Shown: one piece after another, positions 48,611 through 61,094 of the stretch
How positions within the stretch are numbered: position 1 is the stretch's first letter
Layout: each line of letters starts with the position of its first letter
Assembly (NCBI RefSeq): GCF_018350175.1
Contig: NC_058368.1
Span: forward strand, 30,878,001-30,942,000
From: Felis catus
Taxonomy: Eukaryota
Length of the DNA stretch: 64,000 nucleotides
Reading direction: 5' to 3'
The notes under the pieces: generated by a model
Told to the model about the DNA's origin: nothing
What the model saw: the letters and a program-made list of their open reading frames with translations, nothing else
Databases searched by the model: none
Made by a program: the position numbers and the translations under genes

Positions 48611-48859
48611 TAGTAATCTATGATGCACTTAGATTTCAAAGTAGAGTTCAAGGAGTAGCCTTGATTGCCAAGTTTCACAACTGGATGACTTTACACAACA
48701 TACTACACATTTTGTGGGATTTACCCATCCTGCGACCTCTCACCTTTTCTCTCACGCTGAGCCATTGTGGCAGGCAAGTGTTTATTATAGAGTCCTGCCC
48801 CAAACTCCCTCCAGCTAACTGGGTCAGGAGTAGACTCCCAATTCCCCATTCCCCAAATT

Positions 48860-49000
48860 GGAATTGTGACTTACTTATTGTAGCTTTAATTTCTTCACCT
48901 ATAAAATGGAAACACTAGTAATGCTTTATTATATTTGTTGTGAGGATTAGGTAATGAAGGGCAAATAACTAACCTAGAGTAAGTACTTAGTGAATGGTTC
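48860..49000 (+). mobile_element. MIR fragment
   Basis: tttcttcacctataaaatggaaacactagtaatg...gttgtgaggattagg. Confidence 0.65.
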
Positions 49001-50014
49001 CTGACTTCCCATATTTATTTCATGTGTGGTTTCATGAGATGAGAAGACTATGTCTGAGGACTTTATAAATTTGTTAGTAGCTATTATTTCTGATGCAATC
49101 TATTATTTCTGATGTAATACCATACTTTCAAAACTAGTATGTGTGAATTCCTGTCACTAAAATGTACAGTGTTGTGGAACACAGACCAAGGGGAGTCATC
49201 GACCCCTGCTGCACATTCTTGTGATGTAAATTGCAAAATTTGCAAAATTGCAAAATTTGGACATACATAGATGTATGTATAAAGGTTTGATTGGGGGGAA
49301 GATAACAAACAACTGGAATTTTCCCCCCATTCCCAAATGTCCTAGGGTATGAATTTATTCTCTCCTATTCTGAATAGAACCTTGGTGGAAAAAGTTTAGA
49401 ATAATTATCTAAAATGTTACAAAATGCACAAGTAGTACTCTTGTTGAAAAGCTGCTTCAGTTCCACAGTTCTTTGATTCATGGATTAGAAATAAACAAAG
49501 GGAAGACTTCTGAAAGTCTACACCAGGAAAAGGAAAGTCAATTTCCTACACTACACTTATCTTGTTCACTTACTTGTAATTTATATTCCAAGAACCTGCG
49601 AGGATTTATTTTTTCTCATCCTCAAGGGCGTAGAGTTAGCAGTCTCCAAGATGCAGAAGTGGGTCAAACTAGGACAAAGAAAATAAATCACAGTTCAGGG
49701 TCTAGGAAAACCCTGGCTCCGTTTCTTCAAAAAAGGAGGAAGTTTCATAAAACATCAGGTTGAAAGGTATAGGTAAATATCAGGAATCTGTTATGAAATG
49801 TTGATGAAGCTTTAACAGTTGAATTATATATACAGTTTCTGAAGGCCTCGGTATGAAATGTGACATTTTTATTAGAAGGGTCTCCTGTTATGTAGGGTAA
49901 TGCTATAAAATCCTGTGAGATTCACTGAGATATTTAGAAGAAAACAGAACAAGCAAGAGGCGGCAGCTGCATCAGAAGAAGACGGTGTTTGAGAAAAAGT
50001 ATAACAATATCTTT

Positions 50015-50615
50015 CACTTTTACTTTAATTTTAATTATTTTTGAGTAAGCAGGACTGTCATGTTGTTCAAAATTTAGAAGATATTCAGGGAAATATCTCC
50101 CTGCCATGTATGTGCCCGGCCACTCATGCCCTGTCTGCAGAAATAATCAATATTGCCAATTTCTTGTATGCTCTTCCAGAGATATTTTATGCTTATGTAA
50201 TCAAACATGCTTCTATTATTTTTATCCCTCCTGTTTTACACAAATGGTATCATTTCTTAATGCTGTTGTGCTCCTTGTTTTTTTCACTTAGCAAGAATCA
50301 TTCCATAACATTACCTGAACTGTTTCCTCCCTTTATTATCCATCTATCATCTATTTATTTATTATTTTATTTTATTTTTTTTAGAAAGAGAGCAAGACAG
50401 CATGTGCATGCAAGCAGGGGACGGGCAGAGAGAATCTTAAGCAGGCTCCCCACTTAGCGTGGAGCCTGACAGAGTGCTCGAGCTCTGAAACTGTGAGATC
50501 GTGACCTGAGCAGAAATCAAGACTCAGATACTTAGCCACCCGGGTGCCCTCCTCTCTTTTCAAAGGCTGAAGCATATTCCATTCCATGAATGTACAGTAA
50601 TTTTCTTTACTTAGG
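50015..50615 (-). mobile_element. Old L1ME-like 3' fragment, interrupted by a SINE
   Basis: caatttcttgtatgctcttccagagatattttatgc...ttttacacaaatggtatcat...ttttttcacttagcaa...gcatattccattccatgaatgtac. Confidence 0.6.
50352..50550 (-). mobile_element. Can-SINE
   Basis: T-rich tail, gagaatcttaagcaggctcc, gagatcgtgacctgagc, ends gccacccgggtgccc. Confidence 0.93.
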
Positions 50616-51063
50616 AAATTGAATACTTCTAGTTTTTATTTGTAACCATTCAACCACATCTTCTTAAAACAGAAGGGATAATAATTTGTTGATTAGCCGA
50701 TCAGCCCAAGAAGGCCAGTTCTCTACCTAGCACACATTGCAACCATTTTTCTCTAAGGTCTCAGTCTGGGGAGGAGAGACGATGTGGAGCTTCTTCCTCC
50801 TCTAGTTACGTCAGGAATACAAACTTGCTACAGATCCCCTTGTGCCTGTTCACAAAGTAAGCTCACCGAGGTGATGGGTTGAAGGTCCCCCAAACCCAAA
50901 AGAAATCACCCATGAATTATTACATCTTTTTGCTTTCCACAGAGGAGATCATAAGGCAGTTTCAACAGGCTAGACTGTTTTTCTGAAAAAAATGAAGAAT
51001 CGATTCCATTTTGAGACACAGAAAGTCGTTAAAACTTTTTCATAGTATTTATATTTTTACCCT

Positions 51064-51286
51064 TTATTGTATTATTTTTTAAAGTTTTTTTTTTTAATAT
51101 TGACACAGGGAATGACAGTGCAAGTTGGGGGGAGGGGTAGAGAGAGAGCGAGGGAGAGAATCCCAAGCAGGCTCTGTGCTGTCAGCGCTGAGCCCAAAAT
51201 GGGACTCAGCTCCTAAACCGTCAGATCATGACCTGAGCCAAAATCAAGAGTCGGATGCTTAACCAACTGAGCCACCCAGGCACCCC
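51064..51286 (-). mobile_element. Can-SINE
   Basis: Ends gagccacccaggcacccc; degenerate TSD tatatttttaccctt / tatattttaacactt. Confidence 0.95.
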
Positions 51287-51569
51287 TATATTTTAACACT
51301 TCGAATTACTCCAAATTAGATATCTCAGTTTTAATTTGGAAGGCAAACATCTATTTCTCTTACTTTCTGAATCAAGTTGTAGTTCACGTTTCAAAAAATC
51401 AGCTATTTTATCAATTATCTGTGTAAAAAGAAACCTACAGAAAAACTCTCAGAGACCATTTCTCCTTGGTTGTTTATAAGTCTCCTTAAACAAATGTTCC
51501 AGTTATTGGTAGATTCCAACTTGATAAGGCAAATAAAAACTGCATCTAAATTATGAATGCACAACTTCA

Positions 51570-51780
51570 GTAATAATCATAGCTAACAGTTGAGTGTTTG
51601 CTGTATCGACACTCTGCATTATTTTTTTAACATTCAGAAAAGTGCCAAGAAGTACTGTTATTATTTCCTTTCCACAGATAAATTTTCTCAGGATCACACT
51701 ATTAGTAAATATCAATAACAGAGTCCAGATGTGGAGAAGGAATTGCCGGTTGTAAGCTCTATGCTTTTAACTATCATTTT
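51570..51780 (-). mobile_element. MIR fragment
   Basis: taataatcatagctaacagttgagtgtttgctgt...ttatttcctttccacagat...ggatcacactattagtaaat. Confidence 0.55.
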
Positions 51781-52122
51781 CTCTAATTTTTATAAATGTT
51801 TCCCTTACTCATATTCTAGTTTGGTTGGTCAAAATTATTCTTTGTAGAAGGCACAACGAATTATTATTACCTTGATGTTTCCTTGAACACTGGTATTTCC
51901 TTTTATATGGTATAGGAATTAATTTAAGCAAATCTTTGCAGAGTATAAGGCAATTTGTTGGATATTCAGGAGGGGATGAGAAGATCGTTGTCATCTGATA
52001 ACTTTAAGAGCTCATTATTGACCTGTCAGGTCAGCTTTCCAAATGTGCACTCTAATCATCAATCAATTCAGTGCATCGTGTATTGCTTACACCCTCTTGA
52101 ATTGTGAGATTTGGGGGATTTC

Positions 52123-52123
<1 letters not shown>

Positions 52124-52164
<41 letters not shown>
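52124..52164. repeat. (TG)n microsatellite
   Basis: Directly visible. Confidence 0.98.
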
Positions 52165-52166
<2 letters not shown>

Positions 52167-53029
52167 CAAACTTCATAAAATTACAGAGCAGTATCTCACT
52201 GGGAGTGGTTTTAAAAAACATGTCATATTAGGAAGAAAGATGCATTCGGAAGCATAGAGCCCTGAAAAAGCATCCGCTTGGGAAATAATATACCTGGATT
52301 CAGGCTCATTGCTAGCCTACACAGTGCTGTCAATGGATTATAAACAATCACTGGCATTTTCCTCGCCACCTGCTGCTATCCCTGACCCTTGTGGGGGAAG
52401 GGGCAGAGAGAGAGGGAGAGAGAGAGAATCAGTAAGGGGATGGTGCTTTTCTGCCCCTCTCTCTCCAGATGGTGCAGGACTGAGCCTTAACGCACAGCCT
52501 GGTAAATATACGGGCTCCTATATACTGCACAGTCTATGCAACTGAACATGCTGGCCTTAGGTGAATCGAGTTCTAACTCTGCTACTTACAAACTGGATGA
52601 TCTAGGGTAAGGTGCTTGCCTGTGAAATCAGTAGTTGGATTCTTTGATTCCCAAGACTCCTTCTAGCTTTAACTTGTGTGAATCACAGAGCATCTCGAAG
52701 CACTTAGATGGGTGTTGACAATGGGTCTGCAATCAGCCTGAACACTGCCTGTCAAGGAGCATGAGAGAAAAAGGATCACATGTGTGTTGGGAGGATATAA
52801 GCTAAATGTAAACAGTGATGTTCCTTGTGTGGTGAACTTACAGGAGAATTCAGATTTTGTGGGCATCTACAGATTTTGTGCATAATAAAATTATATATAT
52901 ATATTTTTGCATTTTCTTAATACTCTGAATTAAAAATTTATTGCATTTAGGAATCAGAAATGGAACAATAAATGTAATGAAAGAACTAAGAAAACATTGG
53001 AAAGGAAGTAGGCACCACGGGTAATACTG

Positions 53030-53212
53030 AATTTGATTTTTTTATTTTGTCATGTTTATTCGGGGGCGGGGGCGGGTAGGGAGGATCTCCAGCAGGCTCC
53101 ACACTGTCAGCACAGAGCCCAACACAGGGCTTGATCTCACAAACCACGAGATCATGACCTGGGCCAAAATCAAGAGTTAGGTGCTTAACCCACTGAGCCA
53201 CCCAGGTGCCCC
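53030..53212 (-). mobile_element. Can-SINE with shortened, G-rich tail region
   Basis: gcaggctccacactgtcagcacagagccc...gagatcatgacctgggccaaaatcaagag...gccacccaggtgcccc. Confidence 0.93.
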
Positions 53213-53833
53213 TTTAAGGGAAAAAAAGAAAATGGATTTGCTGGTAAAGAAATAAAGAAAAGAGCCTTTTAGGGACTAGAAATCTGGGCGAAAATAAGAC
53301 ATGAAATGGGTGGTAGTTAAGACAAATGAAGAAGTTTAGTGGCCAAAACATGGTAGAGTAAGAGATGTCCAGTATGGGAAAGTACCAACACTATGACTTG
53401 ATAAGGGCCTTGGAGCGTGTCTTGGAAAAGCAGTCACAGTAGGGATGCGGAGAGTGTGATGAGGGTTTTCCAAGATTTTTCTCAGTTCCCAGATTATGTG
53501 GCTCTTCCTCCTTGCTCACGCTCCCCTCCTCATGTGTTAGTTTTTTGTCTCCAGGAACAGTGAGGCAGTAAGGAGAATGGAGAACAAAAATCAAGCACTT
53601 CCTTAACCCCATGCACCCTGAGTGTGAGTGACTTTGATTGGCACCTTTTCTGAGGAACCTGAAATGAAGCAACCAAGGGTTGTTTGCCCATGTTGTGGCA
53701 TTTCAGCCTCCATTCGGTGGTTATGGTTAAGACCACTAATATATTTAAGAGAATTATCTTTGATAGCACCTCCAGTCACACCATCCAGTAGATCACCTGC
53801 TCTGCCCACACTGAAAACTGACTCAATAATCTT

Positions 53834-54197
53834 TTTTTTTAAACATGAAATTTATTGTCAAATTGGTTTCCATACAACACCCAGTGCTCATCCCAACAGG
53901 TGCCCTCCTCAATGCCCATCACCCACTTTCCCCTCCCTCCCACCCCCCATCAACCCTCAGTTTGTTCTCAGTTTTTAAGAGTCTCTTACGGTTTGGCTCC
54001 CCCCCTAACTTTTTTTTCCCTCCCCCCCCCCCCCATGGTCTTCTGTTAAGTTTCTCAGGATCCACATAAGAGTGAAAACATATGGTATCTGTCTTTCTCT
54101 GTAGGACTTATTTCACTTAGCATCACACTCTCCAGTTCCGTCCACATTGCTACAAAAGGCCATATTTCATTCTTTCTCATTGCCACGTAGTATTCCA
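53834..54197 (-). mobile_element. Short felid L1 (L1_Fc-like) 3' UTR insertion
   Basis: atgaaatttattgtcaaattggtttccatacaacacccagtgctcatccc; TSD tgactcaataatctt (53819-53833) / tgactcagtgatctt (54198-54212). Confidence 0.92.
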
Positions 54198-55064
54198 TGA
54201 CTCAGTGATCTTAGGTACCATTGGCAAATGATTTGTATATCTGAAAAGGGGACACTTATGAATTTAATCTTATTAATTGGTGTACGTTGTATGTTAGACA
54301 CCCAGTTATGATATTGTCATTTTAATGTTTAATCTCACCGTAGGAATTCTGGGCAGCTGTCAACAGGGAGTATCCCATGGCTTTAGGAGACACTAAGCCC
54401 TGTCATTTCTGTTTTGAAAACTTTCACGTTCATTGGGGTGGCCTCATGGTCTCCAATAATTTAAATCCTGCACATTCCATTTATGTGACAAACCCCTACT
54501 GTTTTAGAAGAATCTCAGGCACAGTTGTGACAGGTGGCCGTGTAATCAGACAAGCTGTGGTGGTTTTTAGGTCAAACTATGCAGACTTAACTTTCTTAGA
54601 GTTTCCTTTGACACAGATGTTGCTTTATTCTTTTATTGCCTAAACTTTACCTGTGGAAGCTATTTTTGTTGATTTTCTACAAGTGTTCCTTGAGGCGATA
54701 GCAACAGGGAGGGTTAAATCTTTACTTTTCACTGTCAAAACTGATAGCCTATAAAATATCCAGGCTTTTTTTTTTTCTCTTGAAATTATATTTACACAAC
54801 TCTGTATCTCTACCCGGGAGTTAGGAACTTGTTAGAGCAGGCAGAGATGACCAATGCTTTTTCAGTCAACCTGGATTCTGAAATATGGGTCTTCATTGGC
54901 ATGGCATGTGGAGCACAGCTAGAATTGAAACCAGTGTTAACTAGAATGTCCTTTATGTGCTTCGCAAGAATTTTATTTGTAAAAAATTTTTTGAGTACAT
55001 TTGAATTTAAAAAGACAAACAGGGTTTCACCATATTTGTTAACTAACACAATCGGTAGAAGGAA

Positions 55065-55276
55065 ATTTTTAATGTGTATTTTTGAGCGAGAGAGAGAGAG
55101 AGAGAGAGAGAGAGCAGGGGGAGGGGCAGAGAGAGAGGGAGACACAGAGTCTGAAGCAGGCTCCAGGTTCTGAGCTGCCATTGCAGAGCCCAATGCGGGG
55201 CTTGAACTCCTGAGTGGTGAGATCTTGACCTGAGCTCAAGTCAGATATTTAACCGACTGAACCACCCAGGTACCCC
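55065..55276 (-). mobile_element. Can-SINE
   Basis: (GA)n, gagacacagagtctgaagcaggctccagg, ends accacccaggtacccc; degenerate TSD starting cggtag on both sides. Confidence 0.95.
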
Positions 55277-55410
55277 GGTAGCAGAGGATATTTTATTCCA
55301 TTCTGGGAAGCGTATTTGCTAAAGGACAAATGACAATTTTTCCTGTAAGTAGACTTTAAATAGTAGGAGGTAGACTTAATTTGGAGAAGACTTAAGAATT
55401 AGAGTAACTT

Positions 55411-55634
55411 GGGGTGCCTGGGTGGCTCAGTCGGTTGAGCGTCTGACTTCAGCTCAGGTCATGATCTCACAGTTGGTGGGTTTGAGCCCCACATCGGGCT
55501 CTGTGCTGACCGCTTGCTCAGAGCCTAGAGCCTGCTTCAGATTCTGTGTCTCCTCTCTCTGCCCCTCCCCCACTCACGCTATGTCTCACTCTGTTTCTTA
55601 AAAAATAAATAAATGTAAAAAAATTAAAAAATAA
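55411..55634 (+). mobile_element. Can-SINE (variant with extra bases in gctgaccgcttgctcag)
   Basis: Full head and tail; degenerate TSD aagaattagag / aagaatcagag. Confidence 0.96.
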
Positions 55635-55659
55635 AAGAATCAGAGGAGCTATGTGATGT

Positions 55660-55815
55660 GATGAATATTACCTGGAGTAATTACTTTGATTATGGAAATA
55701 TTTTCATAACATACATGTATATCAAAACATTGTACGCCTTGAATACACACAAATGTTGTCAATCATACCTCTGTAAACCTGGAGAAGAATAAAATAACAA
55801 AATAAAATAAAATAC
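55660..55815 (+). mobile_element. Old L1 3' end fragment
   Basis: catgtatatcaaaacattgtacgccttgaatacacac...gtcaatcatacctc followed by (AAAAT)n tail. Confidence 0.7.
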
Positions 55816-55816
55816 T

Positions 55817-55925
55817 CAGGGTAACCAGCTCATTTGGTCTGCCCGGGACTTTCCTCGTTTTAGCACTGACAGTCCCACATCCGGGAACCCCTGAGTTGTG
55901 GGCCAACTAGGAAGGTCGGCCGCCT
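55817..55925. mobile_element. MER81-like hAT-Blackjack MITE
   Basis: agggtaaccag...tgcccgggactttcctcgttttagcactgacagtcccacatccgggaacccctgag...ggccgccta with degenerate terminal inverted repeats. Confidence 0.8.
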
Positions 55926-58099
55926 ATTCTACTCCTCTTGGCCTTCCTCTACCCTGCTTTTACCTCTTTTTATACAATTCTTAACACCCTAACCAAACAG
56001 ACTCCATTTAAGTCAATCACTAAGTGAAGTATTTGATAGAACCTGGATATTTTTGAGAGTACAATTGTGATACCATTTGCCAAGACCCTCTCAAGGACCA
56101 GTTCCAGGAGATGGTGGCCTTCTGAGGCGTAACGTGGCAGGTATTTTCCACACTGAGAAACTCCAGCTTAAAACTGCAAATGAGCAACAGAGAGCATAAG
56201 CTAATGAGTCTGTGACACGATCACTGCCAAATTGCTCGGCGGCGTGCTGTAAGGCTACTTAACAAGCAACTCCTGTGAGTCCTTGCTGAGCCACCTTATC
56301 AGGACTTTTTCAAATGAAAGTGCCTAAAGACAACCTTTCCGAACCTGTTACAGCAAAGCCTTATTACCGGAATATGTGTGTGCTATTTTTTTTTTTTTTT
56401 TAACGCTGGGCTTGAGGAAGGGTGCTCTGAAGCCAGTGAGGAAATCACTCTCCCTCAGTAGACCAGGGCGTGCGGCCTTCCTAAATCCTACCTGCAGGTT
56501 GAAGTTGACAGGAAAATCTGTGGAATAGTTCCCATTTTATCTGGGGAGCTGCAGCAATTCGGGAGAATATAATAGTTTTCACTATGAATTTACAGCACAG
56601 CCGCCATCAGAGAAAGATAACTTGGTAGGGGTCCAGTAAGTTCAGTTATTCTGAATATCTAGGGTGCTAGAAAACTATAAGCAAGACGAGCCCAGATGTT
56701 GTTCCTTGGGTGACTTATGCTGACAGAATTCTCTTTTTTTATTCCCAGTGTCGAATCAGGAAAAGGGCATTTATGGCAGCATGGAAAAAGAAAAACAAAA
56801 TCAAAACAGCTCTGGAGTCAACAAACTTGAAAGCTTTCTTTTTAGACTTGGCTGTTGCAGTGCATAAAAAAGCGTAGTCTCTTTGAAGATTCATAAGCCC
56901 TATTAATGCTATAGGGAGATGCTTTTGCATATGTAAAGCGGATGTTCTTAGGAAAAATCTAGGGGACTAAAGTAAACTTCAATATTGTTTCAAGGAAAAG
57001 CAAAATCAACGAAAACAAATGGTGCATTTATTTAGGGCTGCTTTTCTTTGCTTTTGATTCAAACTGTTGGGCTCTAAAATGAGCAAACTACTTTCGATAG
57101 ATAATTGCCAAGACTATGAGTAACACGCCCCCTCCCCGCAAAGAAAGTGGATTACGTGTAGTGATTTCAACTATGCAAAAAGGTGAAACACAGACCCCGG
57201 TTTTGCTTACTTACACTCTTACCTCCTTGCCCTTTTAAAAAAGTTTCTGCAAAATCATCTCTCCAAACTGGTCTGACAGTTCCAGGGATGGAATTGCATC
57301 AATGGTCTTGAGCAAGGTAACTTAGATTTCATTTGTAGAAAATGCTTAGGATGAGTCTATATTTACTCTGGAATATGCTCCAGGGGGTGTTGCGTTTTTT
57401 TTTGTTTTTCCTCCTGGTTAATCCTCAATTTCAGTTTGTTTTCTGCAAATATGGTACTGAGTCTTAGAAGCAGATTGCCAAAAAATTAATGTTAATTAAA
57501 TGTCTCATACTAGTTAATCAATGTTTCACTGGGGGGGGGGAACCTCTAAAGGGATTGACAAGGTTGTGACTTTTTATTGTTATTAGAATTGCTTGCAGAA
57601 AACAGAAAAGGGGGAAAAGTAGTATGATTCTCATTAGGTAAATTTTTGTCCTTGTGATTATGGCACTGGTATTTCTCATATTTCTAATAGACATTAATGT
57701 AAATTAAAAAAAAATATTTATCTCCTATAGTTTGAAATTGTGAGGGAATAATACTAAGGCTTGACTCAAAAGTCCCCTGCATTCCATTACCTTAGCAGTG
57801 GTTAAAGATGTAGAAAAGTTATAAGGGCAAGATTAATGATTTATAACCCTAAGCATGGAAAATATCATGAAGAACACAAAGATTTCACATTTGAGAAGAA
57901 AATAAAAGGCACTCAGGTGACTTTAAACAAACATACGTTAAGAATGCTGTGGCCACTCTGTGCTCTCATCTTGAATAGTCTCACGGTCACTTTCTTTTAA
58001 ACTACGTGACCAAGGCATTGGCTGTTCATTAGCCAGGAATATTGTGGAGCCCAGAACAAAGGCCTAGGTCACTTAGGGTTTAAAATACCCTATGAACAT

Positions 58100-58326
58100 G
58101 GGGCACCTGGGTGGCTGAGTCTGTTGAGTGTCTGACTTCGGCTCAGGTCATGATCTCACAGTTCACGGGTTCGAACCCCACATCAGGCTCTGTGCTGACC
58201 TCTTGCTCAGAGGCTGGAGCCTGCTTCAGATTTTGTGTCTCCTACTCTCTCTGCCCCTCGCCCATTCACGCTTTGTCTCACTCTGTTTCTCAAAAATAAA
58301 TAAATGTAAAAAAAAGAAAAAAAAAG
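58100..58326 (+). mobile_element. Can-SINE (same variant as 55411)
   Basis: TSD aaataccctatga at 58083-58095 and 58327-58339. Confidence 0.97.
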
Positions 58327-59334
58327 AAATACCCTATGACAACAAATTGAGGTGACACAGTAAAAATGATGCTATTGACAACAAAATGGTAGCATGTGAA
58401 TTGAGGATATATAGATGCTGAAAATCAGAGACTGTGGCATATACGAAATAAGTAAGCCTTCTATTTTCCCTAGAAATGTCAGTATGCTTGCATAATTGTT
58501 AAACATTATACATATATAAATATATAAAGTTAAATAATTTTCTACAGTTTTTGGCCATTCCTAGAAGTTTTAATATGTCATTTTCTTTATGACTTGTCAT
58601 TTCTCTTCGTTTTTTTCTCTTCTAAAAAAGGGAATTTAAAAATTGACCATAGTTTCCCATTTTAAAAAATTTTTATAAAAATTTTTCCAAGAAAGAGGGC
58701 TTTTTGAGAAAAAGCCTCAAGAAGATAGAGGAAACCTAAAGTAACCTCTATATCTAAAGAATTGTACTTGGTGCAGAAAATTCCATATATATGTTCTTTC
58801 ATACCTTCCAGAATCTGACATTTTTTTTATTGGTCTTTCAGAATATTTTGGCACTTAAAAGATTGCCTTTGCCAAATTGCCCTAATTTTGGACAAAAACT
58901 TATTTAGATATAAGGAGTTTCTAGGGACAAATATGACATGAATGAAGATGAAAAAATTCAAAGCAAAATACTAGTCCATCAAATCTAAGCTTATACGAAA
59001 ATCCTCAGTGAAACATGGGAAAGGGAGTTGATATTTCGATGTGATTATCATCCATAGCCCCTCTTCACAAGGTTCTCTCTGTAATATGGGGAAGGAATAA
59101 TGACTATGTAATATTTTATCTGTAGCTGAAGCCTTGGTTCCAAACCCCAAGTCAGGCCATGGGTCATGAAAACTCTCTGAAGTCCATATTTTCCTAAGTT
59201 AATTTAGTTTACTTATCTTCCAAACAAATTTGCTGGAAGATCTTCTCTATTTTCTAGACCATCTACTATCCCCATCATCACAGAAATGCTCATACCTGAG
59301 ACACAATATCAGCATCACAGTCAAAAGAAGGCAC

Positions 59335-60625
59335 CAACAGTGCACAAGGTTCTAATTTCTTCACATCCTTCACATTCCACACTTTGTATTTTCTGTTTTC
59401 TTTTTCCCTTTTTAATAGCCATCCTAAGAAGTGTGAGGTGGTATCTCCTGTGGTTTTGATTTACGTTTCTCTGATGATTGACATTTTTTCTATGTCTGTT
59501 ATTCACTTTTCTGTCTTCTTTGGAGAAGTGTCTATTCAAGTCTTTTGTCCATTTTTAAATTGTGTTGGTTTTCTGCTATTGAATTATCGGACTTCCTTAT
59601 GTATTTTGGAAATCAGCCTCTTACCAGGTATAGATTGGTTTTCTCCCCTTCTGCCGGCTGCCTTTCTACTCTGTTGATGGTTTCCTTAGCTGCACAGAAG
59701 CTTTTTAGTTTGGTGTCCCATTTGTCTATATTTACTTTGTTTCCTTTCTTTTGGTGTCATATTAAAAAAAATTATTGCCAAGATCAATGTTATAAAGCTT
59801 TCCCCTTATGTGTTCATATTAGTTCTCCAGAGAAGTAGAACTAATAAGGTGGGTAGTTAAATAAGTAGAAGTGGAGATTCATGGTAGAAATTGGCCAATG
59901 GGGATATGGAGGCCAGAGGGTCCCGAGATCCGCCATCTGCAAGCCTCTGAGCCAGGAAAGCCCGCCTGAGTTCAAAGACCTAAGGATCAGGGGCCAATAA
60001 TGTAAATTCCAGTTTGAGTCTGAAAACTTGAGAACCCGAAACGTCAATGTCTGGGGGTAGGAGAAGATGGATGTCTGAGCTTGATGAAATAGAAGGGACA
60101 AATCCCCCCTTCCTCCATCTTTTTGTTCTGATCAGGCCCTCAGTGCTTGCATGATGCCTTCCTGGATTGGTGAGTACAGTCTTTTTTCGACTGATCACAT
60201 TTTTCAGCCAGTCTACTGATTCAAATGCTGATCTCTTTGAGAGACAGTGTCAGACACACACCCGGAAATGTTTTACCAACTATTTGATGGCTCTTGACCC
60301 AATCAAGTTGATAAATCAACTACCACACTTTTCTTTTAGGGGTTTTATAGTTTTAGCCCTTAATTCTTTAGTCCATTTTGAGTTAATTTTTGTGTATGGT
60401 ATAGTATAAAGATCCAATTTCATTATTTGGCATGTGAATATCCAGTTTTCCCAGCACTATTTGTTAGAGACTCTTCTCCCAATTTTTAGTTACGGCATTC
60501 TTGTCAGAGGTCACTTGACCATATAGGCATGGGTTTAATTCTGTGTTCTCTATTTTCTTATATTTTATGCTATATATTTTATTTTAGTGCCATATTGTTT
60601 TGATTACCTTAGATGTGTAATTCGT
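59335..60625 (-). mobile_element. Old L1M ORF2 C-terminal fragment split by an MLT2 LTR
   Basis: ORF 59321-59539 (MNRHFSKED..YHLTLLRMA) is L1 ORF2-like; L1 resumes ttttcttttaggggttttatag at ~60328. Confidence 0.85.
59808..60326 (-). mobile_element. ERVL LTR (MLT2B/D-like)
   Basis: ttctccagagaagtagaactaatagg-like start, gatccgccatctgcaagc...ccaggaaagccc, cagtctactgattcaaatgctgatctc, atcaagttgataaatcaactaccaCA. Confidence 0.85.
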
Positions 60626-60639
60626 TTCATTTTATTTTT

Positions 60640-61045
60640 TAGATTTTTGTCAGTTTTTATTTTAATTCCAGTTAGTTAACATACAGTGTTATAATATTTT
60701 CAGGTGTACAGTATAGTGATTGAACAATTTCATACATCACTCAGTACTCATCATGAGAAGTGCACTCCTTGATCCCCATCACCTATTTCATTGATACCCT
60801 TTCCCCCGACCTCCCTTCTGGTAACCATCAGTTTGTTCTCTGTAATTAAGAGTCTTGATTGGTCTCTCTCTCTTCTTTTTCTCCTCTTTGCTCATTTGTT
60901 TTGCTTCTCAAATTCCACATACCAATGAAATCATATGGTGTTTCTTTTCCCGACTTATTTTGCTTAGCATTATACTCTCTTCCTCCAACTATGTCTTTGC
61001 AAATGTCAAGATTTCATTCTTTTTTATGGCCGAATAATACGCGCG

Positions 61046-61094
<49 letters not shown>

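Noticed and set aside
50041..50457. Longest ORF in the track (138 aa)
   Set aside because: Runs antisense through an old L1 3' fragment into a SINE; TTG start
50920..51030. Strong-looking acceptor tctttttgctttccacag with EEIIRQFQQARLFF frame
   Set aside because: Frame stops after 14 codons and no convincing donor follows
52392..52470. SINE-like (GA)-rich scrap with short inverted repeat aggggcaga / tctgcccct
   Set aside because: Too short and low-complexity to interpret
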